NCBI GenBank assembly: GCA_963716175.1
Contig: OY970296.1
Location: 2,240,001-2,304,000, forward strand
Direction: 5' to 3'
DNA: 64,000 nt
Origin: an uncultured Armatimonadetes bacterium
GTDB taxonomy: Bacteria; Armatimonadota; Hebobacteria; Hebobacterales; Hebobacteraceae
Shown: positions 39,842-49,216 of the stretch, piece after piece
Position numbering within the stretch: the first letter of the stretch is position 1
Layout of the letters: every line of letters begins with the position of its first letter
Program-made: the position numbers and the translations under genes
Notes under the pieces: model-generated
The model's input: the letters and a program-made list of their open reading frames with translations, nothing else
Told to the model about the DNA's origin: nothing
The model's database searches: none

Positions 39842-40098
39842 GCGACGGCCTCGGGCACCCCCGACTCCGGCTACCCCTCGGCTCGGGGTCACTGGCTGGG
39901 GGTCCGTCGCGTACGGCGGCGGGAGCCGCGCCACGGCGGCAATGACCGGCAGGCCCGCCCAGTCCAACCCTCGTTCGACGACCTTCTCCATCCTCGGTAC
40001 CTCTCAGCGCAAGGATATGCACAAGCGGAGAGAATACCACGAGAGAGGCGGCACGAGCATCCTGGAAGGCAGATGACTTTCTGGACAGCACGCGGCAG
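39842..40098 (+). repeat. Dispersed repeat, copy 9 (long form)
   Basis: GCGACGG...GACTCCGGCTACCCCTCGGCT...CCGTCGC plus GAGAATACCACGAGA and GATGACTTTCTGGACAGC. Confidence 0.9.
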
Positions 40099-40230
40099 CA
40101 GCACAAGAAGATGATACTGGGCCATGGAAACACAGGGGCAGAGACACCTCAAGTGTGTCTCTGCTCACCCCCGATCTGTCCCAACTTCGCTGAGGCCGGA
40201 CATCAGGCGTCTTAGGGAGGAGACGAGCTC

Positions 40231-40851
40231 ATGGCAAGACACGCGGCGCTTGACTTCGACCGCAGACTCCTGCGCCTGTTCAAGGATCGAACTCACAGGC
40301 TAAGGGCACAGGTCCGAAAGCCCACGCGAGGCAAGGCCCCATCCTTCAACAAGACGAAGGTGGAACGTGTCATCAAGCAACTCCAAGAACTGGCGACTAA
40401 GTGCCAGCTACATGATCACGCGATCCGAGGCCTGAGGCAACTCTACGACCTCAAGAAGCAGTGGCATGTAACCAGTAAGACGGGTTGGGGCAATGAAAGA
40501 AAGCGAAAGGCATTCGTCGCGTGGTTTGAGAAGCACATTCCCTATGACAACTGCGTGTACGTGTTTTGGGAAAAGCGCAGATGCCGTTATGTCGGCCGAA
40601 CGCTAGGCGGACAGAATCGGCCTCAAAGCCAGTTTCAGAAGTTCTGGTTTCCTGGGGTCACCAGAGTTGACATCTATGCAAGTGGAGGGGCACGCGAGAT
40701 TCCGAAATTGGAGTGCCTGGCAACGCATCGTTTCCGGCCGACTCACTCGCGGATGAAACCCGCAACGCGAAAGTGGTACTCGAAGTGTCCGATCTGCGAG
40801 ACACGCAAGCTCGTCCGTGCCGAAGTGAAAGCAATCTTCAGGTTCCGATGA
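40231..40851 (+). CDS. GIY-YIG nuclease-like protein
   Basis: CVYVFW...CRYVGRT, Arg in NRP, Glu in KLECL; very basic; GGGAGGAG SD; lower GC than flanks. Confidence 0.7.
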   Translation: MARHAALDFDRRLLRLFKDRTHRLRAQVRKPTRGKAPSFNKTKVERVIKQLQELATKCQLHDHAIRGLRQLYDLKKQWHVTSKTGWGNERKRKAFVAWFEKHIPYDNCVYVFWEKRRCRYVGRTLGGQNRPQSQFQKFWFPGVTRVDIYASGGAREIPKLECLATHRFRPTHSRMKPATRKWYSKCPICETRKLVRAEVKAIFRFR

Positions 40852-41243
40852 AGTCGCCCGTAGAGGTCGCCCTGGATTGTCACCGCGCTGCATTCGCCCG
40901 TCGACGCATACGTGACCCGGCGTTGATTTCGGCCTCGTTCCAGGTGAGACCATTGCCCCGCGGCAGGTGAGCCGATCAACCGGTGGTATCGGTCGCGGGC
41001 GCGGGATCGGCCCGAGCAGCGGGACGTTTTGGGAACGCGTGCGGGTGCCAAATGGGCTTGGGACACCACCTGCGCCACCCAGACAGGCTCTGATCCTATG
41101 GGCGGGGGCGCGACCGCAGATGCGAACGGGACAGTGGGCACGGACGGGTTGCCGAGGCATCCGGCGAGGCCAAGGAGGGTTGCAGCAAGCGCGGCGGGAC
41201 GCGCCGGGCTGCGAAGTGACACCGGCCGCGGCTGGCAGAGGAA

Positions 41244-41550
41244 TCAGGCGGCGAGCCGGTAGGCGGTGATCCGGGTGTCGGCGAAGACGCGTCGCTCAAG
41301 GTTGGTCGGCAGAGCCTTGGTTGACTTCTCCGGCTTGGTCCACTGCTCGCCGCGATGAACCACCGATGGAAGCGCGCCGCCCAGCGTGGCATGGCCGCGG
41401 TACTCGTTGTAGTAGACGGCGAAGTCGTGCAGCAGTTGGCTCAGATGATCAAGGCCGCGGGTGATGGGGACGCGCTTCAGCCATTCGTACTTCAGCGTGA
41501 GGATGACGCGCTCGGTGAGAACAGCATCAGCATCACCTGCCAGAACATGG
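41244..41550 (-). pseudogene. Remnant of an IS3/IS481-like (rve integrase-core) transposase
   Basis: Minus strand reads TERVILTLKYEWL...FAVYYNEYRGHATLGG...AYRLAA*; most of the DDE core is missing. Confidence 0.75.
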
Positions 41551-41671
41551 CCGGGAGGATGCCCCAGTGATGGCGAGAAGTCAACCTCAGTCGTGCCCGG
41601 GAACCAAGACTCCTGGCTTCCTGGATGCCTCAGATTGGTCTTGGTACACTACGACCTGCCGGTTTGTCTGA

Positions 41672-43048
41672 CTAGCGTTCCGCTCGCGTAATGAGCTTCC
41701 AGAAGAAGAACGCGGGCTCGTCGCGTATGGCGGCCTGGTGGTCGCGCAGGTCGTAGATCCCCTGTAGGGCTGCGACGAGAGCTGCCGCCAGGGTCAAGCC
41801 CCCGGTCGGATATGCGGCAACAAGCGATGTCGCGATCACACCGGCGTTCAGAAAGACACGGCTCTTGAGTTGCTTGTTCGCACGCGAGACTCTGTCAACC
41901 GCGTCTCCCAAGATGTCCCGCTGCACTGTCTTGATACGCTGCTCGAGTGTTGCCGTTCCCCCATCTGACGCGATCTCTGCGAACGCCCTGTCGAGAGCTT
42001 CTCGGAACCGCTCGAACGCATCTTCGTCTCGACGCACCTTAGCCAGATCCGCTATTGAGACCTTGTCCAAAACCGGGAGGTCTATTCGTAACAGTGCTGA
42101 GGAAACCGGTTCCATCGGCATCTCTGCTGACAGACCGATCTCCAACATGTCTCGCGACACGGGCGAGCCCGTAAGGAGACGAGCTCCGCTCGCGCAAGCC
42201 GCACGAACATCTTGGACGACCCCTTCGAATCTGTCTCGGAGCACCGCAGCGGCGGACTGGTTCACCCACGTCTCGAACTCTTCCTCGGTCACTGGCTGCG
42301 GATCACGGAGATTCAGGGAAGTGTGGAGTATCCGGTGCTCTTCATCCTCGTCGCGGATGGGCAAGATCTCGTGAAGGAAGAACAGCCGTCGCGGCTCGGT
42401 CGGATCGCCGCGAAAGCCGCAAGCGATCATGCGACCGGGGGTCAGAGGTCCATCCGTCACGACAAAGTCACTGTCCACGTAGCGCACTGGTTGAACGAGC
42501 AGACTCTCAACGCCGTACGCTATTAGGGATGGCGGCGGGGCAGATGGTGACTGCTCAAACAACGGCACTGACCCGGGTTTCGGAACGAACCAGCTGAGGG
42601 TCCTGGCCCGTTGTCGTCCCAGCGGGACCACGATCCCACTTTCGACCAGAGGCCTTATCTCAAGGAGTCGGCCCAGCGCACCCCGTATGGCCTGTTGCTC
42701 CCGCTCTAGTCTCGCCTCCTGTCCTTTCGTCACGGCGAACAGGTCAGCTCCTGGCCTCAGCCAGCGCACGGCAAGGCCGTAGAGCGGATCATCAAGGAAT
42801 ATCCGGTGGGCGTACAGGCAGAGTCGCCGTACGGCGCTCAACGGCAACCCCGGATCAGCAGAATCGGGATAGACCCGGAACACGCGTCGGTCGGTCTCTT
42901 CTCCGACAGCCTCCCTGTGTTCACATATCCGAGCGTACTCCTCATAGAACCGGGACAGTTCCTTGTCTGTCACCCGGCTAATCTGCGACTCGTCTATCTG
43001 CCCTCGTCGAGCAAGCCCGTAGCGCTCAATGATGTCGTAGACGCTCAT
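41672..43048 (-). CDS. Hypothetical protein with C-terminal hydrophobic hairpin
   Basis: 458-aa ORF; RLCLYAHRIFLDDP, IDLPVLDKVSIADLAKVRRDEDAFERFREAL, then two hydrophobic helices. Confidence 0.75.
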   Translation of the reverse strand: MSVYDIIERYGLARRGQIDESQISRVTDKELSRFYEEYARICEHREAVGEETDRRVFRVYPDSADPGLPLSAVRRLCLYAHRIFLDDPLYGLAVRWLRPGADLFAVTKGQEARLEREQQAIRGALGRLLEIRPLVESGIVVPLGRQRARTLSWFVPKPGSVPLFEQSPSAPPPSLIAYGVESLLVQPVRYVDSDFVVTDGPLTPGRMIACGFRGDPTEPRRLFFLHEILPIRDEDEEHRILHTSLNLRDPQPVTEEEFETWVNQSAAAVLRDRFEGVVQDVRAACASGARLLTGSPVSRDMLEIGLSAEMPMEPVSSALLRIDLPVLDKVSIADLAKVRRDEDAFERFREALDRAFAEIASDGGTATLEQRIKTVQRDILGDAVDRVSRANKQLKSRVFLNAGVIATSLVAAYPTGGLTLAAALVAALQGIYDLRDHQAAIRDEPAFFFWKLITRAER

Positions 43049-43171
43049 TCTAGTCCCGTAGTGTACCGGAACTGATCTGAGGGTTTCTTCGGCAGGTGCA
43101 GAGCGGGACCTGCCCTCTCGCGTGGTTGGTTGATGGGGTTTGAGATGGCTCGCGCGTCCCCGAAGCTAAGC

Positions 43172-43420
43172 TGACGGCCCCGGGCACCCCCCCAACTCCG
43201 GCTACCCCCTCGGCTGAGAGTCACGGCCTGGGGTTCCGTCACGTAGGGGACAGCAGTCAGGCTACCGTGGCAATCACCGGCAGTCCTCAGAGTCCAGTCC
43301 TCTATTGCTGTCCAGCTGCATCCTTTATGCCTCCGAGACGAAGGGGTGTCGGCGAGCGCACGGAATACCATGAGACCGGCTATGCAGAGGCTTCGAGAGC
43401 CGGGTGAGTTCTCGGATCGG
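43172..43420 (+). repeat. Dispersed repeat, copy 10 (long form)
   Basis: TGACGG...CCGTCA compensated outer stem; GGAATACCATGAGA and GCCGGGTGAGTTCTCGGA. Confidence 0.85.
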
Positions 43421-43425
43421 AGGGC

Positions 43426-44445
43426 ATGACGGTGGAACGGGACGAGGGAGCCCCCGAGATCGCGTTCTACTATCCCGGCCACCTCTGGCGGTCCGGTGAC
43501 TGGATAAAGAACCTGCTCCTGTTCTTCGATGGCGTCGGGCTACTGGTTCCTTCCCACAAGAGGCTTGAGCCCGAGATACTCGATCCAGTCGTTGTGAAGC
43601 CCCTGCTGGATGAACAGCTGCTTCATATTCTCGAGCCTGAGGCATTAGTGGACCAGGAGGCAACTCAGCACCTTGTGGGCACGATGACGGACCTCATCGC
43701 GGCCGGGACCCTAGACCCTTTGGCCGCGGAGGGCGGCGCGTTTGACACTATCTCAAGGTCTCGCTTCGGGTACCATGGCGATCCTGGCCTGGCGGACATG
43801 ATGTTCGAGGAACTGAAAGCTCGTGCCCTCGCGCGCGACAGCGAAGATGGCGTCTCGATACCGATCCATCCGTCGATCCGCTACCTGATCCTTGCCTTGC
43901 TCGCACAGATTCTCCGACCGAAGGGACGCCAACTCGGCCTAGACTTGTCCCCGGTCACCGACCGCCCAGAACTCATCCAGGCGCTTTCCGAGTTCCTGAC
44001 GATAGCGGTCCCACCATCGGCCGGACAGGTGATAGCTCTTGACCTCCAGACGGTTGGCGTGGACCTCAGTGCTGTGCCAATCGACGAAGTCCTCAGCTTC
44101 CGCAGTTCAAACCTCGATTCCCACAGGGCTTACATCCGCGCCGTGCGCCGGTTCGTCCGTGAGCTGAGTGTGATGCCGGAAGAGAGTCGCCGCTTAGCGA
44201 TGTTGGATCGCGGGCGGGAACTCGATGATATGGCAAGCGATCTCACGCGCAATGCCCGGAAGGCCTGGCGTCGCGCAGCGGCGTTCGCGCTGAGCATCGC
44301 GGGGGCTACGTGGAAGATGGCCAGCGGTGACCCATTGGGGGCCCTTCTGGGGGCAGGGGCCGCCCTCGCTGGTGGCGTGGGGGGCACAGGTGCAGAGACT
44401 GGCGCGTATAGCTACCTGTTCGCCGCCCACGAGCGGTACGCCTGA
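43426..44445 (+). CDS. Hypothetical protein (DUF6236-like) with C-terminal hydrophobic hairpin
   Basis: AFYYP...WIKNLLLFFD...LLVP; VDLSAVPIDEVLSFR; Gly/Ala hairpin; ends AYSYLF. Confidence 0.72.
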   Translation: MTVERDEGAPEIAFYYPGHLWRSGDWIKNLLLFFDGVGLLVPSHKRLEPEILDPVVVKPLLDEQLLHILEPEALVDQEATQHLVGTMTDLIAAGTLDPLAAEGGAFDTISRSRFGYHGDPGLADMMFEELKARALARDSEDGVSIPIHPSIRYLILALLAQILRPKGRQLGLDLSPVTDRPELIQALSEFLTIAVPPSAGQVIALDLQTVGVDLSAVPIDEVLSFRSSNLDSHRAYIRAVRRFVRELSVMPEESRRLAMLDRGRELDDMASDLTRNARKAWRRAAAFALSIAGATWKMASGDPLGALLGAGAALAGGVGGTGAETGAYSYLFAAHERYA

Positions 44446-45182
44446 GATGCCAACAGATCGCCCGCGTAACAGTGGCTACTGCGGTCCATGCACGGCGAGC
44501 CACGATTTCCGTCTTGAGCGCCGACGTATGTGCCGGCCAACTGGCGTGGAACTGGTGTCATCGGGCCACAAGTGGCCTCTTGACGAACGCGCAGCAAATC
44601 CGTGACGAGCCTTCGCCGGGATGCACACTCGCCCCCGTCGACAGGGACAGCGGGGCGAGGCCACAGAGGGCACGTCTCGGTCAACACGCATAGCTTTGCT
44701 GCCGAAGCGCTGCCGCAGGCCGTTTCGATCCCAGGTCCTTTTGGTAGTGGTGGAGGAAACTATACTCAGCCGCTCATGGCTCTCTGAGCCACCCGGAGAG
44801 GATGAAGAGGGCGGGCGACGGTGGTAGTTGGGTGGCGGACGAGCGGGATGAGATCGTTTCGGTCGTGGGTGCGATCAGCCCGCTATTCAGTCTGATCCGG
44901 GCGCAGCGTTTTCGAGCCCAGGAGTGCTGCCCGCACCTGGTGCGGAGTGGACTGCACCCCTGGGCCTGGACAGAATGGGGCGCGATGTAGCACCCTCTGA
45001 TGAGGCGGGAAAGAGAGGGCCTCATCATGGCAGTGACACGAAGGCCGCGTACCCGGGGCACCCAGCCCTGCACCCGCCCCTCTCTTGTCACCCCCGGTTG
45101 CTCACCGAGTCCAGACACTCCCGGAGCCCATGTGCCAGGGACGGCAGCGGCGACGGCCTCTCCGCCGCCGCCTTCCATACCC

Positions 45183-45258
45183 TGGTGCCGGGTCCCAGAG
45201 TCGAACTGGGGACACCCGGATTTTCAGTCCAGCGCTCTACCACCTGAGCTAACCCGGC
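45183..45258 (-). tRNA. trnF: tRNA-Phe (GAA)
   Basis: 76 nt; acceptor stem GCCGGGT/ACCCGGC; D arm GCTC/GAGC; anticodon loop CTGAAAA; GTTCGA T loop; encoded CCA. Confidence 0.96.
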
Positions 45259-45393
45259 ACGCGAATCTCAGTCCTCAGTTGGGTAGGTTCGAACTGCCCC
45301 TCGGGAGCCAAGACGGTTCTTCACCCACCTCCGCTCCCCATCTTGTCCCAGGACGCGTGGGATTGCCCGTAGAGAGGCACTTTGTGTGACACC

Positions 45394-45759
45394 TCAGCCC
45401 ACTTCCTGGGGGTGCCGGCGACGCGCCAATCGCCTCGCCCGCGAGATGCGCTGGCGCACCCGGGCCTTCTCTCGCTTCAGCTCCGCAAGTTCGGCGTCTG
45501 CTGCGGCCTCCTGGTCGGGGTTACCGGCCGGGAATGAGATCAGGACATCGCAGCCCTTGCCTCCGCACAGCCATTGTGCGCGGCCGCCCTCGATGCCCAA
45601 GTAGTACAATCTGCTGCCGCAGCGTGGACATACCGGTGCCCCGCGATGGTCGGGCACGCCGCAGCGCGCGCAGCGCGAGGACCCGAAGAGCGAGCACCGC
45701 AGCAGGCACCGTGCGCGTTCGCCCGCAGAGGCAAGTCTCGAACGCTTGGCGCCGATCAT
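45394..45759 (-). CDS. Small multi-Cys zinc-finger hypothetical protein
   Basis: CLC, CLLRC, CARC, CPRC, CGGKGC; start overlaps the upstream stop (TGATG). Confidence 0.55.
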   Translation of the reverse strand: MIGAKRSRLASAGERARCLLRCSLFGSSRCARCGVPDHRGAPVCPRCGSRLYYLGIEGGRAQWLCGGKGCDVLISFPAGNPDQEAAADAELAELKREKARVRQRISRARRLARRRHPQEVG

Positions 45760-47072
45760 CAGTTCCCGTCCCCAGGCCCCGAGTGGTCGACGTCGTCGCG
45801 GCTCGGCGCCGTTTCCCCTTGAGCAGCCTTGTACGCTTCGATCTGCTCGAAGTAGTCGCGTCCGGAATCGAGCAGCCAGGGCAGGCCTCCGTCCGCCTCC
45901 GGGTCTCCGTCCCCAGGTGCGGGTTCATAGTTCGCCAGGTGAGGGACTCTGATCGACCTCAGCTCCTGGCGCATGCCCTCCAGCGCCGCGATCTGCTCCC
46001 TGTAGCGGCCAGTGATGGCCTTTACCCGTCGCTCTATGGCTAGTCGTAACGCGGCCTCCTTCTCGCGGGCCTCCTCGGCCGCGTCCTCGTCCCAGAACTT
46101 GCCCAGAGCGTCGGACAGGATCCTGGCAAGCTCGCCGGGGTGAAGTGCCTCGAGCGCGTCGAGCTCCACCGCCCCCGCGCCATGGCGCTCCTCGAACTTC
46201 GCGCCGCGTCGCTCCGTCTCTTTGATCGGACTCCGGGGAAGGTCGTACTCGCACACCTGCGCTGCCGTTAGCACCAGGGGACGAAGCTTCACCTCGAGAC
46301 CGCTCCCGTGGACCATCCACTCGATCTTCCGGGCCACCGCCCGCGGCATCGACTGCCCGGCGGGATCGAAGTCCGAGACGTAGAAGATGCGCGCGGGCTT
46401 GTTCGCCTGGCGCAGTCGTTGGGAGAGCTCATGGACGGCGGTGATGCTCATCTCGCCCTCGCCGGTCACGAAGTTCGCACAATACTCCTCGCAGACAGGA
46501 AGCAGCACGTCGTCCATGGTGGACTTCTCCACCCACACCTCCAGGTAATAAGGCTGCACCATCGCCCGGTTGAAGCCACTCACGAATCGGTCGGATTCCC
46601 ATCGGCCGTTGATCCATACCGACGGATCGGAAAGCTCAGGGACGTTGACTTCGAACCGTGCCTGCGGTTCCCGCTGATAGTGGGTGAACAGGTGCGGGGC
46701 CGGGTTCTTGTGGTCGGCGATGTCGGCGATGCTCACCAGGCCTAGGTAGCGCGCCTGTTTGCTAGCCTGGCACAGGTTCTTCCAGGCCTCCTCCGTGTTC
46801 TCGTACGGCTTGCCATTACTCTGAGCCAGGCCGGTCTGAGAAACACACCAGTAGTGCATCCGGCGCAGATGCACGCCGCTCAAGTACCCCGCTCTCCGCC
46901 ACACTTCGGCGAACCACTCCGCCTGTGCCCGGCCGGTCGGGGTGCCAGCGTAGAACGGGTCGTTCTGAGGCGCCAGCGCTAGGACCGCTCTGACCGAGCA
47001 CCCGCGCTCCTTCGCCACCAGCTTCAGCGTCTCGTAGTCGAGACGCACCGCTGTCTGCACATCTGTCGTCAT
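45759..47072 (-). CDS. Topoisomerase VI-A/JetD-like Toprim domain protein of mobile elements
   Basis: HLRRMHY winged-helix motif; EVWVEKS; YVSDFDPAG; VELDALEA; GGAAGGAG SD. Confidence 0.78.
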   Translation of the reverse strand: MTTDVQTAVRLDYETLKLVAKERGCSVRAVLALAPQNDPFYAGTPTGRAQAEWFAEVWRRAGYLSGVHLRRMHYWCVSQTGLAQSNGKPYENTEEAWKNLCQASKQARYLGLVSIADIADHKNPAPHLFTHYQREPQARFEVNVPELSDPSVWINGRWESDRFVSGFNRAMVQPYYLEVWVEKSTMDDVLLPVCEEYCANFVTGEGEMSITAVHELSQRLRQANKPARIFYVSDFDPAGQSMPRAVARKIEWMVHGSGLEVKLRPLVLTAAQVCEYDLPRSPIKETERRGAKFEERHGAGAVELDALEALHPGELARILSDALGKFWDEDAAEEAREKEAALRLAIERRVKAITGRYREQIAALEGMRQELRSIRVPHLANYEPAPGDGDPEADGGLPWLLDSGRDYFEQIEAYKAAQGETAPSRDDVDHSGPGDGN

Positions 47073-47553
47073 GTCCGTCTCCTTCCGGCCATTGATTGAG
47101 GAGCCGCCAGCATCTGCCAGCGCCTCCTCGGTGCCTTGCTGCGTGTGCGGTTCCCGGCCAACAGAAGAGCGCCGCCTTTGCGAAAAAGGCCGCGCCCACT
47201 ACCAACGTCTGCCCGGGTTGTGTCCCTGTGCCGGGTCTAGATGGTCCCGGCAGCTGCTCCGCGGACGACCCCGCTTCTCGTAGCCGCGGGGCTCAACTGC
47301 GTATCCCGCTCCTCCTGCAACCGCGAGTTCGCGCTGATACCCGCTGACGCCAGCCTCACCAGGATGCGAGTGAGCCGCCCCCTGGCTGCACCTGTCCCAT
47401 AGAAGTAGTGCGTAGTTACTACTTCTATGGGACACCCCCCTGAGACGTGTCGCGGGCCGGTCCGGCGGCAGTCAGGAGGCCGGGTGTGACGGCACGCGGC
47501 GGGGCGGGCGCACGTCCCGCGGCTGGGTCGATGGCGGAGGCGGCCGGGCGCGG

Positions 47554-49110
47554 TCACGTTGCATCGCGTATCTCCACGATGACGCCGGCCGCCAGGTCGC
47601 CGCTCATCTGCACACCGCGCGGCGCGATCCACGCTTGCGGAATCAGGAACAGGCTCGCGACGCCACGTCCCGTCCCGGGCACCCACCGCGCTTCCTGTTC
47701 GTCGCCGGGGAACCGGGCCACCACGCGCCCGATCAGGCGCACCACCGACCGGCCGTGGTTGCTCAGGTGGCTTCGCGGTCGGCCGTCCGGATTCGCCCAC
47801 ACCACTTTCTCGCATCTGGTCGCCCCCACGATGTCGCGGGTGGTCCATGCGATCAGGTGGCGGGGGTCGTATCCGTTCCTGGTGGCGTGGCGCAGAAGCC
47901 CTTCCCAGAATGTCCGCTCATCGTCGGGCAGGTCGAGGGCATTCAGTGCCTCGAAGGCCCGGCCGTACCATGGCGAGAGAGCGACACGGCGGTCCAGCGG
48001 GTTGGTCATCTTCCAAAGGAACTGGCGGAAGGTCAGCACCCGTCGGAGGCGCCTCCCACCGGCCGCGAGCGGGGTGGCGATGGCACTGTCATTGCACCCT
48101 GGGGCGAAGCACTGACCGCGCAGGCGTCCATCCCGGCCGCGGAACACGCCGAAGCTGCGGGAGTGCCCGGCAGGCGGATCCTCGTGCCAGGGGCAGAAGC
48201 CGAGCCACTGCTCATCTCCTGCTGGTTCCAGGGAAGGGATGTACTTCTGCCATTCGGCGATGTCATAGTCGCCATTCCCGACCCTCACTCTTGGTACCTG
48301 GCCGCGGGGCGCACGCCCGGCCCTTTCTGCGGGCGAGCGCGTTTCCCGCGCTCTGCTCTCGCTCTGCCTCCGCATGAGCGCCACCATCCAGGCGGGGGCA
48401 TCGGCGATGGGGTCGGAGGGGTGTCCGAGCCATCGCTTCTGGAAGCTAGGCGGGATGAACGCGAGGGTACCCGGCCCGAGCAGTTCAAGCTTGCCGGCGC
48501 GCGGGTCCGCATCTGGGTCAAGATCGGGGACGTGGTGCCGGCCGACATAGGGCACCGCGTGGCGGTACCAGTGGTGAACCCCGCGAGTGCCAGCGACACC
48601 CACCGTCTGGGGTAGGCCCTGCTCCTCGGCGTATTCCGCAGCCTCGGGCGAGTCTGGGTCGGCGATCACCAACCACCGCGGGATGATGATGGCGAGCCCG
48701 TTCGTCCGCTGCGCCTTGCTGGTGATAGTCTGCTCGACCTCCACCCAAGGGATGCGTACGCCATCCAGGACGCGTGAGCGCCAACCACCCTTCACCCACT
48801 TGATCTGGGGAACGCCCTTCTTGCTGGCGGTGCGGCGGACGGGAATGGCAGTAAGACCAGCTTGCCAGCAGAGGCGAGCATTGGTGAGCAGTTCAGCCAG
48901 CGTGGGCGGATAGGGCAAGAAGTCATCGGTAGCTGGTCGCGCTTCCGCGTTTGCCGGTTGCCGCGGACACGGTTCACCGTTGCCTATGCTGGCGTCATCT
49001 TGTGACGCCCCAGTGATCCGCGCCCTGGTTATCGCGTCGCTACCCGGCACTGTCCACACCTTGTCAGGAACGCGCGGGACCCCCGGCGCCAATGCCGAGG
49101 GTCCCGCCAT
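47554..49110 (-). CDS. Bifunctional primase/polymerase (Prim-Pol) with CHC2-like zinc finger
   Basis: GLAII...VIADPDS, TRGVHHWY, FIPPS; FCPWHED...SFGV...CFAPGC; start uncertain. Confidence 0.7.
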   Translation of the reverse strand: MAGPSALAPGVPRVPDKVWTVPGSDAITRARITGASQDDASIGNGEPCPRQPANAEARPATDDFLPYPPTLAELLTNARLCWQAGLTAIPVRRTASKKGVPQIKWVKGGWRSRVLDGVRIPWVEVEQTITSKAQRTNGLAIIIPRWLVIADPDSPEAAEYAEEQGLPQTVGVAGTRGVHHWYRHAVPYVGRHHVPDLDPDADPRAGKLELLGPGTLAFIPPSFQKRWLGHPSDPIADAPAWMVALMRRQSESRARETRSPAERAGRAPRGQVPRVRVGNGDYDIAEWQKYIPSLEPAGDEQWLGFCPWHEDPPAGHSRSFGVFRGRDGRLRGQCFAPGCNDSAIATPLAAGGRRLRRVLTFRQFLWKMTNPLDRRVALSPWYGRAFEALNALDLPDDERTFWEGLLRHATRNGYDPRHLIAWTTRDIVGATRCEKVVWANPDGRPRSHLSNHGRSVVRLIGRVVARFPGDEQEARWVPGTGRGVASLFLIPQAWIAPRGVQMSGDLAAGVIVEIRDAT

Positions 49111-49216
49111 GAGCCAACCTGCTTAGTTGTCTATCGAATGCCCTGCCAGGTACCTACCGAGGATCTAGCCCGCACGCCGATCTGCGGTGCCCCCACCCCG
49201 CCTGCCGGTCACCCTC

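Larger units (their letters stand above)
39679..45258. mobile_element. ~5.5-kb genomic island integrated in tRNA-Phe, with no intact integrase
   Basis: Flanked by the tRNA-Phe direct repeat; cargo of nuclease-like and hypothetical genes plus an IS remnant. Confidence 0.78.

Noticed and set aside
41355-41570. 71-aa plus-strand ORF
   Set aside because: It is the antisense shadow of the IS transposase remnant.
44602-44787. Possible second serine-recombinase tail (FGSGGGNYT)
   Set aside because: The similarity rests on only a few residues, too weak to call.
44997-45030. CTGATGA...GAAA as a hammerhead ribozyme core
   Set aside because: No stem II can form between CTGATGA and GAAA; TGATGAGGC instead pairs with the downstream GCCTCATCA as a simple hairpin.
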